Shown one piece after another: positions 51,788-64,000 of a DNA stretch of 64,000 nt. The notes under the pieces were generated by a model. The model was not told the origin of the DNA. It made no database searches and was given only the letters and a program-made list of their open reading frames with translations. Numbering within the stretch: the first letter of the stretch is position 1; the number at the start of each line of letters is the position of its first letter. A program made the position numbers and the translations under genes. This DNA comes from Epiperipatus broadwayi (taxonomy: Eukaryota; Animalia; Onychophora). The stretch lies in contig JAQFVV010000008.1 of NCBI GenBank assembly GCA_028023455.1, forward strand, positions 14,694,001-14,758,000, given 5' to 3'.

Positions 51788-52960
51788 ATGACTGAACCAA
51801 GAAAGAAATGTAGACTGTACAGCTTGGAATATTTGAAGCTAGGATTTGTCCCATCATTTATCAAACAAACATTTGCTTATGTACATCTTATGTGAAAAAG
51901 ACTTTAGCAATGAGCTATGAAACCACCAAAACTTGCAGATCACTTGAACAGATTTCACCCTGACAAAAAAAAAGATTTGTTATAATTTCAATCACTTAAA
52001 GATAAAATTCTGAAGAGAACTATGATAGATAATATGTTTGTTTCATTATCAAAGCAAAATGATGATGGATAAGAACATTGTACCTACTTATTGTGAAGTC
52101 TAGCAAGCTGCACACCATAGGAGAGTAACTGATTTCACTGACCATCATGAAGGTATTAATCACTGTACTCCACTAACTACACAAAATGTTATAAAAAGGA
52201 TTTCTTTGAGCAATAACACAGTTCAAAGACATAGTAATGAAATGAGTTATGATGTGGAAAACTGTTTGCACTTGCAGAAAAAATGTTTTTTCCTTCCAAT
52301 TGGATGAGTCAACATTTACTCGATAATGAAGCTTTGTTGCTGACACACATTCACTTTATTCAAGATCAGGAATTGCATGAAGAGATGTTTTTTGTGAAAA
52401 CTTAGAAGCTGAAACCAGAGGCAAATAAATTTCTAACATTTTTCAGAGGAAGAGTGATTCCATTGACAAATATAATATCTGTTGCAACAGATGGAGCACT
52501 ATCTATGATTGGTTGTTATCGCAGTTTCATAAGTTATCTGAAACAACATGTACTTGAAGTGTTTGCAGTTCACTGTGTAATATATAGGTAATATTTAGTA
52601 GCCAAGAACCTTAGTGACAAATTGCATCAGTCACTTCAGTTTGTTATAACAACTGTGAACAAAATTTAAAGACTGTTTGCTTGATTATATGAGGAGAGCA
52701 ATAAAGATTTCTATCAATTGGTTTTCCATACTGAAGTCTGCTGGCTTTCAAAAGGTTTATATTTGGTGAGATATTTTGCACTTTTTAAATCTGTTTTAGA
52801 GTTTTTGGAAGATGAGGATTCCAGTTTGAAAGAAAATTTACTTAAGAATAAAACAGATATTGCTTATGTAACCAAATGTTAATTTGCAACTGCAAGGAGA
52901 TAATTTGAATCTCATCACAACAAAATTAGTCATATCGGCTTTTGTTGCCAGATTAATGTT
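51788..52960 (+). pseudogene. Decayed hAT (Charlie/Buster; ZBED8/SCAND3-like) transposase
   Basis: KKCRLYSLEYLKLGF, ISLSNNTVQR, QLDEST, NIISVATDGALSMIG, AVHCVIYR, HTEVCWLSKG. Possible left TIR caagagttcccaaagtgg near 51106. Confidence 0.85.
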
Positions 52961-53417
52961 TTTAAAAATAAATAAGTAGGTGACTTTTTCATGTTCATTC
53001 ATAAATATATTTAATAATGTTTAATATATTAAAAATGAAGAAATTAATAAATTATGAAATGAAAATGTAATTATTAATTGGTACAATTCAAATTGTGATA
53101 TAGTGGGTTTTTTAAATGATTTTTAAAAAAATCTTTCTGTTGATTTGCTGTTGAATAGTGGTAATTCTTTTTATTAGTGGAATGTCAGATCTGGAGAATT
53201 ATTTGAAAATTGTAGATATGAAAGAAATTATAGGAGAAGGGGAGAGGTACATAGATTTATAATGGTATATAATGTTTTTAGAAAATAAATTTTAACATAT
53301 TTGACTTTCTGGAAAAAAAACTTTTGATTGTTTAAGAAAAGAAGTCATTTTACTTTTTCAATATGCTACATCATATTTAAATGAGATATTTATTTTATAT
53401 AGCGCTATGTTTTTATA

Positions 53418-53791
53418 AACTGTAATAGTAATAATCAGCCATTAAGCTAATGCACATGCACTTTGTGGAATTTTTAACTATAAATGAATACTCTCACTTC
53501 CAATCACAACATAAAGTCTTTGTGAAAAGATAGAATGAATTCATCTATCCTTTTAACCCAAACATTTATGTATGGACAAATCTTAAGCATTTAAAGTGAT
53601 CACTTAACATCTTCATGCTCTCATTCCCAAATACTTAAGATTTTCCCAAATGTTTGGGTTGAAAGAATAGATGGATTCATTCTATCTTTACACAAAGACT
53701 TTATCTTGTATTTGGAAATGAGAGTATTCATTTATAGTTAAAAATTCCACAAAGTGCATGTGCATTAGCGTAATGGCTGATTATTACAGTT
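53418..53791. repeat. Fold-back element, ~170-bp arms, ~36-nt loop
   Basis: 53418-53593 pairs with 53630-53791 at high identity (e.g. atgcacatgcactttgtggaatttttaactataaatgaatactctca and its reverse complement). Confidence 0.85.
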
Positions 53792-56248
53792 ACATCATAT
53801 TAAAAAAGTATTGCCCTGTGTAATTTAATTCAGGGGTAAAATGGTGAAATGGTGGTTTTTAGAGATCAGTGTCTATGCCCATAGCTTACTCTATCACTTC
53901 CAGTAGTTACATTTTTATAAACTTTTGAGCAATAAAACTATTCTATATTTTTTTCTTTAAAGAAATATTTAGTAATTGTGAACCATTTTACAAAAACAGC
54001 AACTGGTAACCTCAATGGCTAACTATTAAACTGATATATAGCTAAATTTAGACAAAAAGTTGTTGTTTTTTTTGTCTGATATGATATACAAAGATAACTG
54101 CTTGAAAAAAAGCAAAATTGAAAATAATTACTAAACCAAATACAATATAAAAAATGAAACAAGATATAAAAATGATATGAGTGAGAAACATTATGCAATC
54201 TCACTAGTTAAATATAAGTTAATATTTTACAGAACCCTAATGAGAAAATATCAATCATCTTCCAAAAAACCGATTTCATACATCAATTCAAAATACCTTT
54301 TCTGTGTTTCTATCAACTTTTTGGTTCTTCAAAAACTTTTTTTATTCTTCTACTATTATTTATTTCATTTTATACACTTCCTTCCCATATGTTAAGTATA
54401 ATTGTATAAGAATCCTTCCAATCCAATTTCCTATTTCAGTGATGCTTATTTACTAAATTTTTTCAATGTCTCCATGTTTGTAACATTATTTTTTCACTTT
54501 CTCCCTCATTCTTTGATTTCAACCTTTTTTTTTTTTTCCAATTTGGACCAAGTCTTTGTTCATATAGAGTAATATTTCAGGCAAAACATTTAACATTCAA
54601 AATAAACAGAATAATCTCCAATTAAAAATCTGCTTAACTATTATAGTTCTCACTCTAGTTTGCTTATCACAATTTCCACGATCAATTATCCAGCTTTCTA
54701 AATATTTAAACATATTAAGTTGTTCTATTTTCCAATTCAATTACAATTATTAAACGTTTATTCTCTACAATTACTTTTATTATATTAGTTTTGGCTACTT
54801 TATTTGCACATTAAACATACTAGAAATTTTATCAACTTAGAATTTATTCTCATAAGTTATTACCACATCATTGATAAATCTGATACAATGAACAATTCCA
54901 TTCTTATCAGAAAAAAAACTAATTTAGCAACACAATTAAATAAATATTAAACAAAACTTAAGAAAGACAACACATCTATCTTACATCTGTTTTTATATCT
55001 ATTTCTTTTAAAAACACACACACATATACAATTTTATCTTAAAACTATTTTCTCATTTATATGCACATTTTCCAATAGTTGTCTCTTCTTCTGGTATAAG
55101 CCTCTCCTCTTTATATTATCCATGAAAATAATCCAATCTATTCCATAAATTTTTTTTGAGATCAATAAAACAACCTCTCTGCCTCTTTTTCCATGTTTTT
55201 TAATAATTATTTTTACTATTTGGTCTGCAATTGTCATTCTTTTGTTTCATAGCAAAATTACTCTTGAGATGACAACCTGGCTAGTCTATTTAAAATACAT
55301 CTGTTCAAGACTTTCAAGAATGTCTTAGGAAGATGTTAAATTAGATTATAGAAGAGTAGCAGACTATGGAGCTCAAAAACTTGTATCATGACTCCAATTT
55401 TGTCATTCCTGGTACTTGAACTTCTTAAAGAACACCCAACCAATATATCATTTGATTATTTTTTATTAGTAGTATTATTAATATTATTAAATACCAGAAA
55501 AGTGATGTTGACTTTAGTGTTTTTCCAGAATGATTTAATATATTTTTGCTTATCAGATGATCAAAAGCACATTTATTATATTGAAATTTATCCACTTCAT
55601 TTCCAGATAGTATTCTTTCATTTTTCTAATGAATTTTATTATTTCATAATATGAGAATAAAACAATTTCAACTTTATTTTATGCTTCCCAGTAAGAGTTC
55701 CACTTGAATCTAGAATTTTCAAAATATTTTGTCATTACAGTTCAAAGGCATCAATACTTTTTCTATCATTCTTTTTCAATATCCAACTTTAATATTTATA
55801 CAGAATTACAAGAAGCATAAAGTCATGATTCTGTTTATAAAACATTTTCCCTCTGTTTTATATTAGAATTCTGACCAACGTTAGACTCTGATAACTCTCT
55901 TGACCACTAGATCCTTTATTGTTGGTGAATGGTCCAAGATAACCAAAATAGTTAATAATCCGTATGCCTTCATTATTAGTTTTGAAGTTAATTGTTGTCA
56001 CCATAAACTTTATTTTCTTTATATTTAATCAAAATTGTGTCTTTTTTACTCTGTTTTAATAAAAGAATTGAGAATTTCTGTATTTTCAATTAAAAATTAT
56101 ATCACCGGAATATAAAACAGCTAATGTTTCTTCCAGCCTATTATGAATCTGTATAATTCTGAATCCAATCAAACTTCTTTTATTTAGATATTTTCCAAGT
56201 TAAATAGATTAAGTGACAGTAGAATTCCATGAATAATTACTTTGACAA

Positions 56249-56343
56249 GTCAAGTGTTGGTGGCCGAGTGGTTAGCACAGCTGCCTTACAAGCAGTTGTC
56301 CCGGAGTTTGCTTCCTAGCCGACACTTTGACACATTAACAAAA
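56249..56343 (+). mobile_element. tRNA-Val(TAC)-derived short retroposon (SINE or tRNA retropseudogene)
   Basis: 72-nt cloverleaf-like 56254-56325: acceptor GTGTTGG/CCGACAC, anticodon arm GCTGC-CTTACAA-GCAGT, degenerate T arm. A-rich tail. 14-bp TSD AATTACTTTGACAA at 56235-56248 and 56344-56357. Confidence 0.75.
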
Positions 56344-56704
56344 AATTACTTTGACAATATCAAACTATTCTCTTCACCATATTCCACTTTAACTGTAGCT
56401 TTGTGTTTGCTGTACAGATTCTCTGACCTTTTCCCTTTTATTCAACTTTTATCAGCAATAGTGTACTCACTTTTTTTTAATTGTTACTGAAACTTGCTAT
56501 ACATCTGCTGGTCATCTTTTAAAGTATAACAATGTAATCTGCAATAAACTTTCTTAATATGTGAAAAAGTTATATTTATAATAACAATGTCACATTACTT
56601 CTCTCAGCTTACTTATATTCTTCAAGAAGCTGTTTTGAAAACATAGATATTATAGTGGTGTGGTATTCATTGACCAATAAGGTTTAATATAGAAACCTCT
56701 AGAG

Positions 56705-56892
56705 CAATGACTCTCAACCTTCCTAATGCCTTGACCCTTTAATACTGTTCCTTATGGTGTGGTGAGCCCCAATCTTTAATTTTGCTACTGTTATGAATTG
56801 AAAATATGTGTTTTCCAATGGTTTAGGTGACTCCTATGAAAGGGTTGTTCCAACTCTCAAAGGGGTCGTGACCCACAGGTTGAGCACTGTTA
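56705..56892. mobile_element. SPIN/URR1-like hAT MITE (188 bp)
   Basis: ctctcaaccttcctaatgccttgaccctttaatac...aaaggggtcgtgacccacaggttgag closely follows the URR1/SPIN_NA consensus as I recall it. 8-bp TSD CTCTAGAG / CTCTAGGG. Confidence 0.8.
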
Positions 56893-59800
56893 CTCTAGGG
56901 TGAAAAACTATTCCTAAAATATACATAATAGTTTTTACATTTTGTTAAATTTCTTTTCTTTGGTATATGAATAAAAAATTATTGATCATGGAGTAGTTTT
57001 TAAATTAATTGGAGTAATTTTGTCAATGATTTTCTTTTTCAATTTCTTGTACAATTTCTGATGCAATGATATTAATTCTAATCATTCTACCTTTTGGCCT
57101 TGATCTTAAGATTATATAATCTCATTTTCTACTGTTAAAGAATTTTTTTTAATGTTTTTGCACTGCAGCTATTTTTCATACACTTTTTAATTTTATTTAA
57201 TCTGAGTTACTTTAATTATAATTTAGCTACTAGCATTTTTCAGTCAATCGTGTCTAAAATTTTATTTGGTATCACAAATTCCTCATAGATTGCATTTGGT
57301 TTTCCAAATCTTAGTTTTATTTTTACTTACTTTTTAAATATTATAATATTGTTTTCTTTATTTTTCATGGATACTCAATTCCCTTACAAGATCTTCATCT
57401 TTATTCATTAAGCTTTTCTTTTTTCTGTGTATTACCATTATATATTTTGTCATCAACTTTGATTTTTTAAGATTTTCAGTCTTACCCAATTCTTTTACAG
57501 ATCCTTTTATAATTATTTTTCCTATATCTACATCCTGTTTATCAAATGCATCCAAAACTTTAAATTGATTTTATATATTATTTCTGAAAAACAACAGGTA
57601 TATATTTTAAATTACATCTAGAAGATGAAAGAAACTTGTATCTTTTCCAGCATTACTTAAAGTTTAACTGCAGTTTAATTTGTTATCTATTGAATATTTA
57701 GATCATTAACAAGTTTTTGCTATTGAAATTGAAATCTTTCAATCAAAAATGCTAGCAATATAATCAATTTTGATCCTATGTGCTAACATATACATTTTAC
57801 TGCATAAAATTCTTAATTCTAATAAAACCAATAATTTAAAATAATATAATTAGGACATTTTATTAAAAGTTAAACTGATATGGAATTATAAATTATAAAA
57901 ATAAAACCAACCTAATAAACCCATGGTATTCATATCAAATAAAAACATTAAGACAAGACCAAAATATACATAAGGAATTTGACTTGAGTAAACTCTGTGA
58001 AACAAAGGGAAAATAATGTTTCTACAAGTTCACCACTAATAAAAAAACAAGTAGACAAATATTTTATCATTATAGCAAACTTCCAAAATACTTTATCTGA
58101 AATTTAAATGCAAAATAATGTTAAAATTGGACTCATACAATGAAAAGAAGGTGTAATATTTATAATGTAAATGGTCCAGATATTAAAAAATATAGTTAGA
58201 TTATGATAGTCTACAACAATGATCAAATCAAGAAGAATTTACAAATGTACTGTTGCTGCTCAGAGAGTCACTATTACTCACTTGATTTGGAGACATCTAC
58301 CTTTTCTATGATACAACCTATTAAAACAGAAAAAATATTTAGTCATCAGATACTTCATGTGATTACATAAAAACATTAGAATTATCAATAAAGTAAGTCA
58401 TATATAACATGACAGTGCTTTTATAAGCTTGTCTTTACAAAAATGTAATACAGAGAGCATACCAATAGCTCAAACAAGCTCTTAATTGATAAGTGTGATA
58501 TGAGAAAACATTTAAAATCTCTATCCAAAAAACTCTTATCCCCAGACTTAGATAATACATTATAAGTATAGACATTGTTCTTTTTTTAATCAGCAAAAGA
58601 TTCCAATGTAGTCTATAAAATTAGAGATATATGTTATGTAAAGTTGTGATTATTTATTAAGTGCATAGGAAGTGTGTAAATACTTTTAGAGAAATGCTCT
58701 ATCATATATGCTTTGAACATTTTATAATAATCAAATGATGTCATTTTTTGAATATAGAAGGACCTCTCAAACCTTGGCACAATATAGAATTATAACCATA
58801 AATGAATAAAAAATGCATTATGTATGTATTAATCTTGGACAAAAATTAATATATATATTAATCTCAGCCTAGTAAATTTTTTTGAGAATTATAGTATTCT
58901 TATGAAGTTTGAAAAACTGATGTCCAGCAGTGCACTGAAAAAAGATTGGTTCTAGAACTCCAACACTCAGTTAACAGGTGTAAGAATACACATTTGAATC
59001 TAAATTAAACTAAATAAAGTGTACAATTTATACTGAAATCCTCTGCAAAATTCTTGACAAATTAGAATTTTTACACTCTAATAACAGTATATAATATCCT
59101 AAGGGATTAGTACAGTGGTAGAGGGATGGTCCTGAAAGGTAAAGATTCCTGTATCAAAGCTCAATTAGTCACTTTTGCTTCACATGATTTTATAAGAAGC
59201 ATATTATTCAACTATTTTACATTGCTTATTGACTGTTTGACATGTTCACTGTATAATTGAAATTTTTCTGTGGTTTCATAATTGCAGTCTTTTTTTTTTT
59301 TAACACAATTTGATATTATTTAAACTATTTCTGAAATAAATAAATTCTGAACTAATTGACCAATTGTTGTAACAGTCTTGAAGAAGGTTACATATTGTTT
59401 GCTGTTAGTGTCCTTTTATATAACCATATTTATATAATAGTTACTCATCTTACACAATGCCTTCATTGTCACCCTATCCAAGTTGTCCAGTTATACTTAA
59501 GTTTATTTGAAACATTTCCCCCCAGAGGTTTTGATTCTTTACATGCAAGTATGAAAGCTATTGATGAGATTGCAAAGTTGAAAAATTTACCAATTAATTC
59601 CATCAATTGATCATTATAATTCAAATGATGACCTGTTTAATATGACTTAGAGAATACTTTTTGAAAGAATGACAAAAAAGTACATTTTTAAAATGACTAT
59701 CCTAAATTACTGATAGTACTTTGTTAAATGGCTAGCATGCATTATATTTGGAATATATTCATTTGTAATTTATCTGGAAAATATATTGATAGATATGCAT

Positions 59801-61927
59801 GTAGATTTAAGAATTTGACTCTGATTATTTATTAGCTTTCTGTTTCTAATATAAAAAATTTAGCTATTTTGCATGAATAATTGTTTATTCTTTTCAAAAT
59901 GAAGGAATACAACTATTTTTTATTATGATGTTGACTCATCTTCCAAATGGGGCATTAAAATGTATCTATTACACAAATTATCAGTATAATATCTTTATAG
60001 AAATGAATGAAAATCGAAACTTTTAACAGACACATTTTTTAGAATTTTAACATAATTGTGCTAATCTGTACAATAACCCGTGCTTGTGGTATTTCATTAT
60101 GGAGTAGAATATGTTAGAATCTACTATCATTAATACTAGTAGTGCATATATTTATGACTTTTCCCCACAATTTTGTGGAAACATTTGTCTTTGAATCTGA
60201 TAGATAAGTATACATAATTTCTACTGGATGCCTTGATAGAATAGCCTAACTACTTAGAGCTCCAACTTAAATTTAGAATTTTATGAATCAAAAGGTCATT
60301 GCTTTAATTCTCATACTAGCTGTCACAAGAAAGAGAGGGGAGACAATAATACCACTTGAAAAATGTTTAATGCTAACCTATATATTGTTATTAACAGTTG
60401 AATGTATTTAGAAAAGTGTAAATAAAATTAAAATATTCTAAAAATATTTAACAACTTCAACTAAACATGGAAATATTCCACTATATAGCTACAACTTTAT
60501 AAATTTATAAACTTTTTAAACAAAAGTATAAAAACCTCTAAAAGTATCAGAGCTAAGTTCTGTTATTCTAGAATTCCATCTGTAATTAAAATAAATCATA
60601 AGATTAGCGCCTACAAATTATCATTGCAAACAGTGTATTTATATTATAATCTATCTGATGATCTAGAACAACTTCCAACTTAGTTTATTCTCTAGTTTAA
60701 AACACTCAATAGTTATTAATAATCAGCACAGAATAGTTATGTTGCTGCAGATTATGGTTTAGGCAACTCGTACAGCATCAGTGTCTGGAACCCAAGGTTC
60801 TAAAATCAATTCCAATTCTGGCACTATCAGCACTCAAACTTCTTATGAACTCCTGGCAAAAAGTCATTTGATTATTTATTTTACCTTAGCTATCTGAAAA
60901 AAATATAGATTTGCTTAAGAAATTTTCAGTATTTGAAAAAATTATACATATTTAATGCCAGGTTATGGAAATGTCAGGCTGTATTACAATACTCTTTACA
61001 AATATTTTGTATGAATGAAATTAGCAAACATTTACCATGAATTAAATCAATGTAAAGTAGTTCATAGTGGGGGGAAAGTATACAATCTGCCATTTTATAT
61101 TAGAATGTAGATTGTCTTAAAGTTTTAAAGATTGGCCAGGAATAAATAGAATTAACTAATAAAGAAAGCTTTCCACAACTAGAACAATCTTTATATAGCC
61201 CCCATCAGAAAAAGACCTTTCTAATAGTTTCTCATACAAGAACAATAAAGTGTATTAACAACCCTTATTGGTCATTCATTACACTAGACATTATCCAATA
61301 GCAAAGTATGCTCTATAGTTCAGGAGTTGCATCAGAAGTGACAGAGTTGGGCCATGACCTTGATTACTGAATTTCAGAATCTGCAACTATCTTATTACAT
61401 CAGACTATGCAGGGCATAAAGTAAGAGTGAAGGTTTGCTAATTGATGTGAAGACACAGTTTTAACATTATTATTTTATTTTCTAGCTGAGAATAATTAGA
61501 TACTTGCTTATCAACTAAAAAAAAAAAAAAGATCATTAGCTGAATAGAACATGAAAATTTTTTATTTTCCAGGATCTGGATCTGAGACCTTCTTAAAAAA
61601 GTTATATAAAGATTTTTGGTATTTACATATTATTTCTGCTATGAAATTTTAGTCATTAAAAATCATTATGATTATCTATGATTGCCAAATATTTGGTAGT
61701 ATTTAATTATTCAAGTAACATAATCTAGATTTTATGTAATTGGAGCTTCCAATGAGTTATATCATGCTTGCAACACTATCACAACTATACATCAGCCCAG
61801 AAGTTATACCAACCTTTCAGACCATAGATATATTAGAAACAAACACACTGTCAAGCAATTCATATAGCACATGTGAAAATTCAACTTCACATACACATTA
61901 TTTCTAGAGAAATTCTAATCCTAATTT

Positions 61928-62033
61928 TTTTTTTACTAATTACAATTCTACCACATATGATCATATACTCTTTACACTTGTCTTTAATCATATAATTCAG
62001 TAATTTGTGGTAGAATTGTAATTAGTAAAAAAA
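61928..62033. repeat. Inverted repeat with 28-bp perfect arms
   Basis: tttttttactaattacaattctaccaca / tgtggtagaattgtaattagtaaaaaaa, with weaker outer pairing. Confidence 0.65.
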
Positions 62034-62092
62034 GGAGAAAAAATTATAAAAAAAAACTAGGGTTAGGATTTCTTTAAAAATAATATGTATAT

Positions 62093-62256
62093 TGTCGTGT
62101 ATTGAACAGACACTCACTCCATTTATTTTTTACAACATTATATGTGTTTATTCCAATAAGAAAATTTTTCAAGTACAAATCACATCATGGATTACACTAT
62201 ACAGCTCTACGTGCAAAAAAAAAGTATTTTTATATGCCGTGTGACGTATCTTCACA
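62093..62256 (-). repeat. Candidate 3' LTR of the terminal Gypsy element
   Basis: Minus strand begins TGTG, contains TATAAAA then AATAAA, and ends ACACGACA. PPT is poor, so the inner boundary is uncertain. Confidence 0.4.
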
Positions 62257-62559
62257 CCTTGCTAGATTTACCTGTTCATTGGCTCACTTCTCTCATTACT
62301 CCTATGATCCATTCTTTTGTATTTCTATCAATCAATGTCTCTCATGATTTCTTTATGGCCCAGCTTGTTATCAATTTCTCCATCTATAATTTTTGTTTTC
62401 CATAATCTGTTTTATATATTTTCAATCTACCATTTATATAAATCACTTATATATGTCCGTAATTTCACTTCTGAAATATTTATTTTTCTTTTACCAGTCA
62501 TTTCACTTCCTCCATTCATTTCAGAAATAGAAAATATTTCCATTACACATAGTCTTTGA

Positions 62560-64000
62560 ATTGTTCGGGTATACGTCTATTTCTTGTGGGCCTGGGTAAC
62601 TTATTCATTTATTGTTCTTCTTGTTTGTCTATGTTCTTTTCATTATTTGATTCTGTCACTATTTATCTCTATTTTTTCTCTTTCCCTGCACTATTGTTTT
62701 TATCCATCTCAGTGTCCATCTTCTTATCTTTGCTTGGTCTCCAATCCGATTGTCATTCATCCGGTACTCTTTTTCGCATATGGTTTATGTGTCTTTTATA
62801 TATTCTTTCATTTGAACCATTTATTTCATATATCTTGTTTGACATTCATTCTTTGATTGTTCCCTGTATCCATGTCTTCCTTAATATGTCTCTAAACCAG
62901 ACTGGTTCTTGGTTGGTAAATTCTTTATCCATTTTTTCATGTTGTATAACATTGCTCTTTTTTGGATATAATGCAGTTAATTTTGTTCTCAGTTTCCTTC
63001 TACATAGTATTTCTGCTGGTGATTTACCAGTTGTTATTGTCAGTGTTGAGTGTTGGGCCATCATAAATGCTTGTAGTGAGTCTTGGATATGTTTTGTTCC
63101 TGTTTTCTTCAAGTTTTGTTTCATTTGTTGTACTGCATTTTCTGCTAGATCATTTGATTGAGGATGGTATGGTGGTGGCCACACTTGTTGTATATTATCT
63201 TCTTCACAAAACTGTTGCATTTTCATTCCGGTGAATGCAGTGTCATTATCAGATATTAAAACCTCTGGGTACCCATGAATCATGAAAATGTTTTTAGGCA
63301 TTTGTCTTGTACTTTATATGCTTCAATCCATCTGGTGTGTGTCTATGAGTATAGACAGCATTTTCCCTATCTATTGGTCCAGAATGATCCATGTGTACCC
63401 TCTCCCATGGTTTCTTTTCTGGCTGCCAGGTGGTCAGGCTTTTTTTGAGACATTGCAGCATGAATTTGGTATGCCAAGCATTTCTTGATGAAGTGTTCGA
63501 TGTCTTTGGCCATCATACATAGCTATGAGCCAGAAATTTAGCTTACACTATTCCTGGATATCCTTCATGTAGTAATTCTAGCACTGTATGTCTTCCTGCA
63601 GTTGGTATTAACACTCTATTGCTCATAACAATACATCCTTTGCATATAGATAACTGTTGTCGATTTGATCAAATCCCATTTGCTACATAATTTGGTTTGC
63701 TTCCTGGTCATCCATATCTAATCCAATCCATCAATTTTTTATATCCCTTGTCTTCTTTCATCCAATTTTCCATAGTTTTACTACTTAATTTGTTTGTCTT
63801 CATCACATCAGTGTAATTAATTTGTAACTCTTCATTTCCGGTCTCATCTATGTTGGGCAATCTTGATAGAGCATAAGCATGAGATATTTCTTTCCCTTGT
63901 TTATAAATCAGCACATAGTCATATGCAGTCAGTATATTCTGCCATCTCAACATGCATAGGCTTAGATGTTCTGAAGCTTGCTGGTCATTACCTAAAATTG
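62560..64000 (-). pseudogene. Ty3/Gypsy pol remnant (end of RNase H, integrase zinc finger and core), runs off the window
   Basis: MLRWQNILTAYDY...AYALSRLP; HEGYPGI...SYVWWP; PWERVHMD; HGYPEVLISDN...PYHPQSN.LAENAVQ. Frameshifted. Confidence 0.88.

Larger units (their letters stand above)
54980..57700 (-). pseudogene. Old decayed RTE-like LINE hosting two younger insertions
   Basis: Minus-strand IPKKRNLTKCKNY (cf. IPKKG.L..C.NYR), AVLYSGDIILIEN (cf. LFADDIVL), LNIKKIKFMV and KHGKRGR. Boundaries approximate. Confidence 0.55.

Noticed and set aside
58460-58545. acaagctcttaa...ccccagact resembling the 34.9-kb hammerhead-family copy
   Set aside because: Only two short matches with no ribozyme core; too weak to call.
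59100-59170. tRNA A-box-like TAGTACAGTGG
   Set aside because: No B box, cloverleaf or TSD.
62556-63161. 201-aa hydrophobic plus-strand ORF
   Set aside because: Antisense shadow of the Gypsy integrase region.

Overview
AT-rich, CpG-poor eukaryotic DNA (probably an invertebrate; inferred from composition and TE content) made almost entirely of transposable elements and their debris. I cannot support any host protein-coding gene. Main contents: (1) a near-intact two-ORF Tx1/L1-clade non-LTR retrotransposon (21990-27743, one frameshift in RT) between two long (AAT)n arrays that interrupt an old Penelope-like coding sequence; its ORF1 ends in an AT-hook-like motif. (2) A small non-coding repeat family with a type I hammerhead ribozyme, present as five insertions (7.3, 7.95, 10.5, 34.9, 41.7 kb) with Penelope-style inverted+direct architecture, target duplications and a 449-nt ribozyme-to-ribozyme unit (retrozyme-like). 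(3) Penelope-like elements with inverted terminal arms and degenerate minimal hammerheads (1.3-2.0 kb, 40.3-42.6 kb). (4) DNA transposons: hAT/Charlie MITEs including a SPIN/URR1-like copy, a decayed Charlie/Buster transposase and a Merlin-like element. (5) Decayed RTE LINEs, Gypsy remnants, a tRNA-Val-derived retroposon and many fold-back elements. All alignments, translations and family assignments were done by eye and from recalled consensus motifs; boundaries of decayed elements are approximate.
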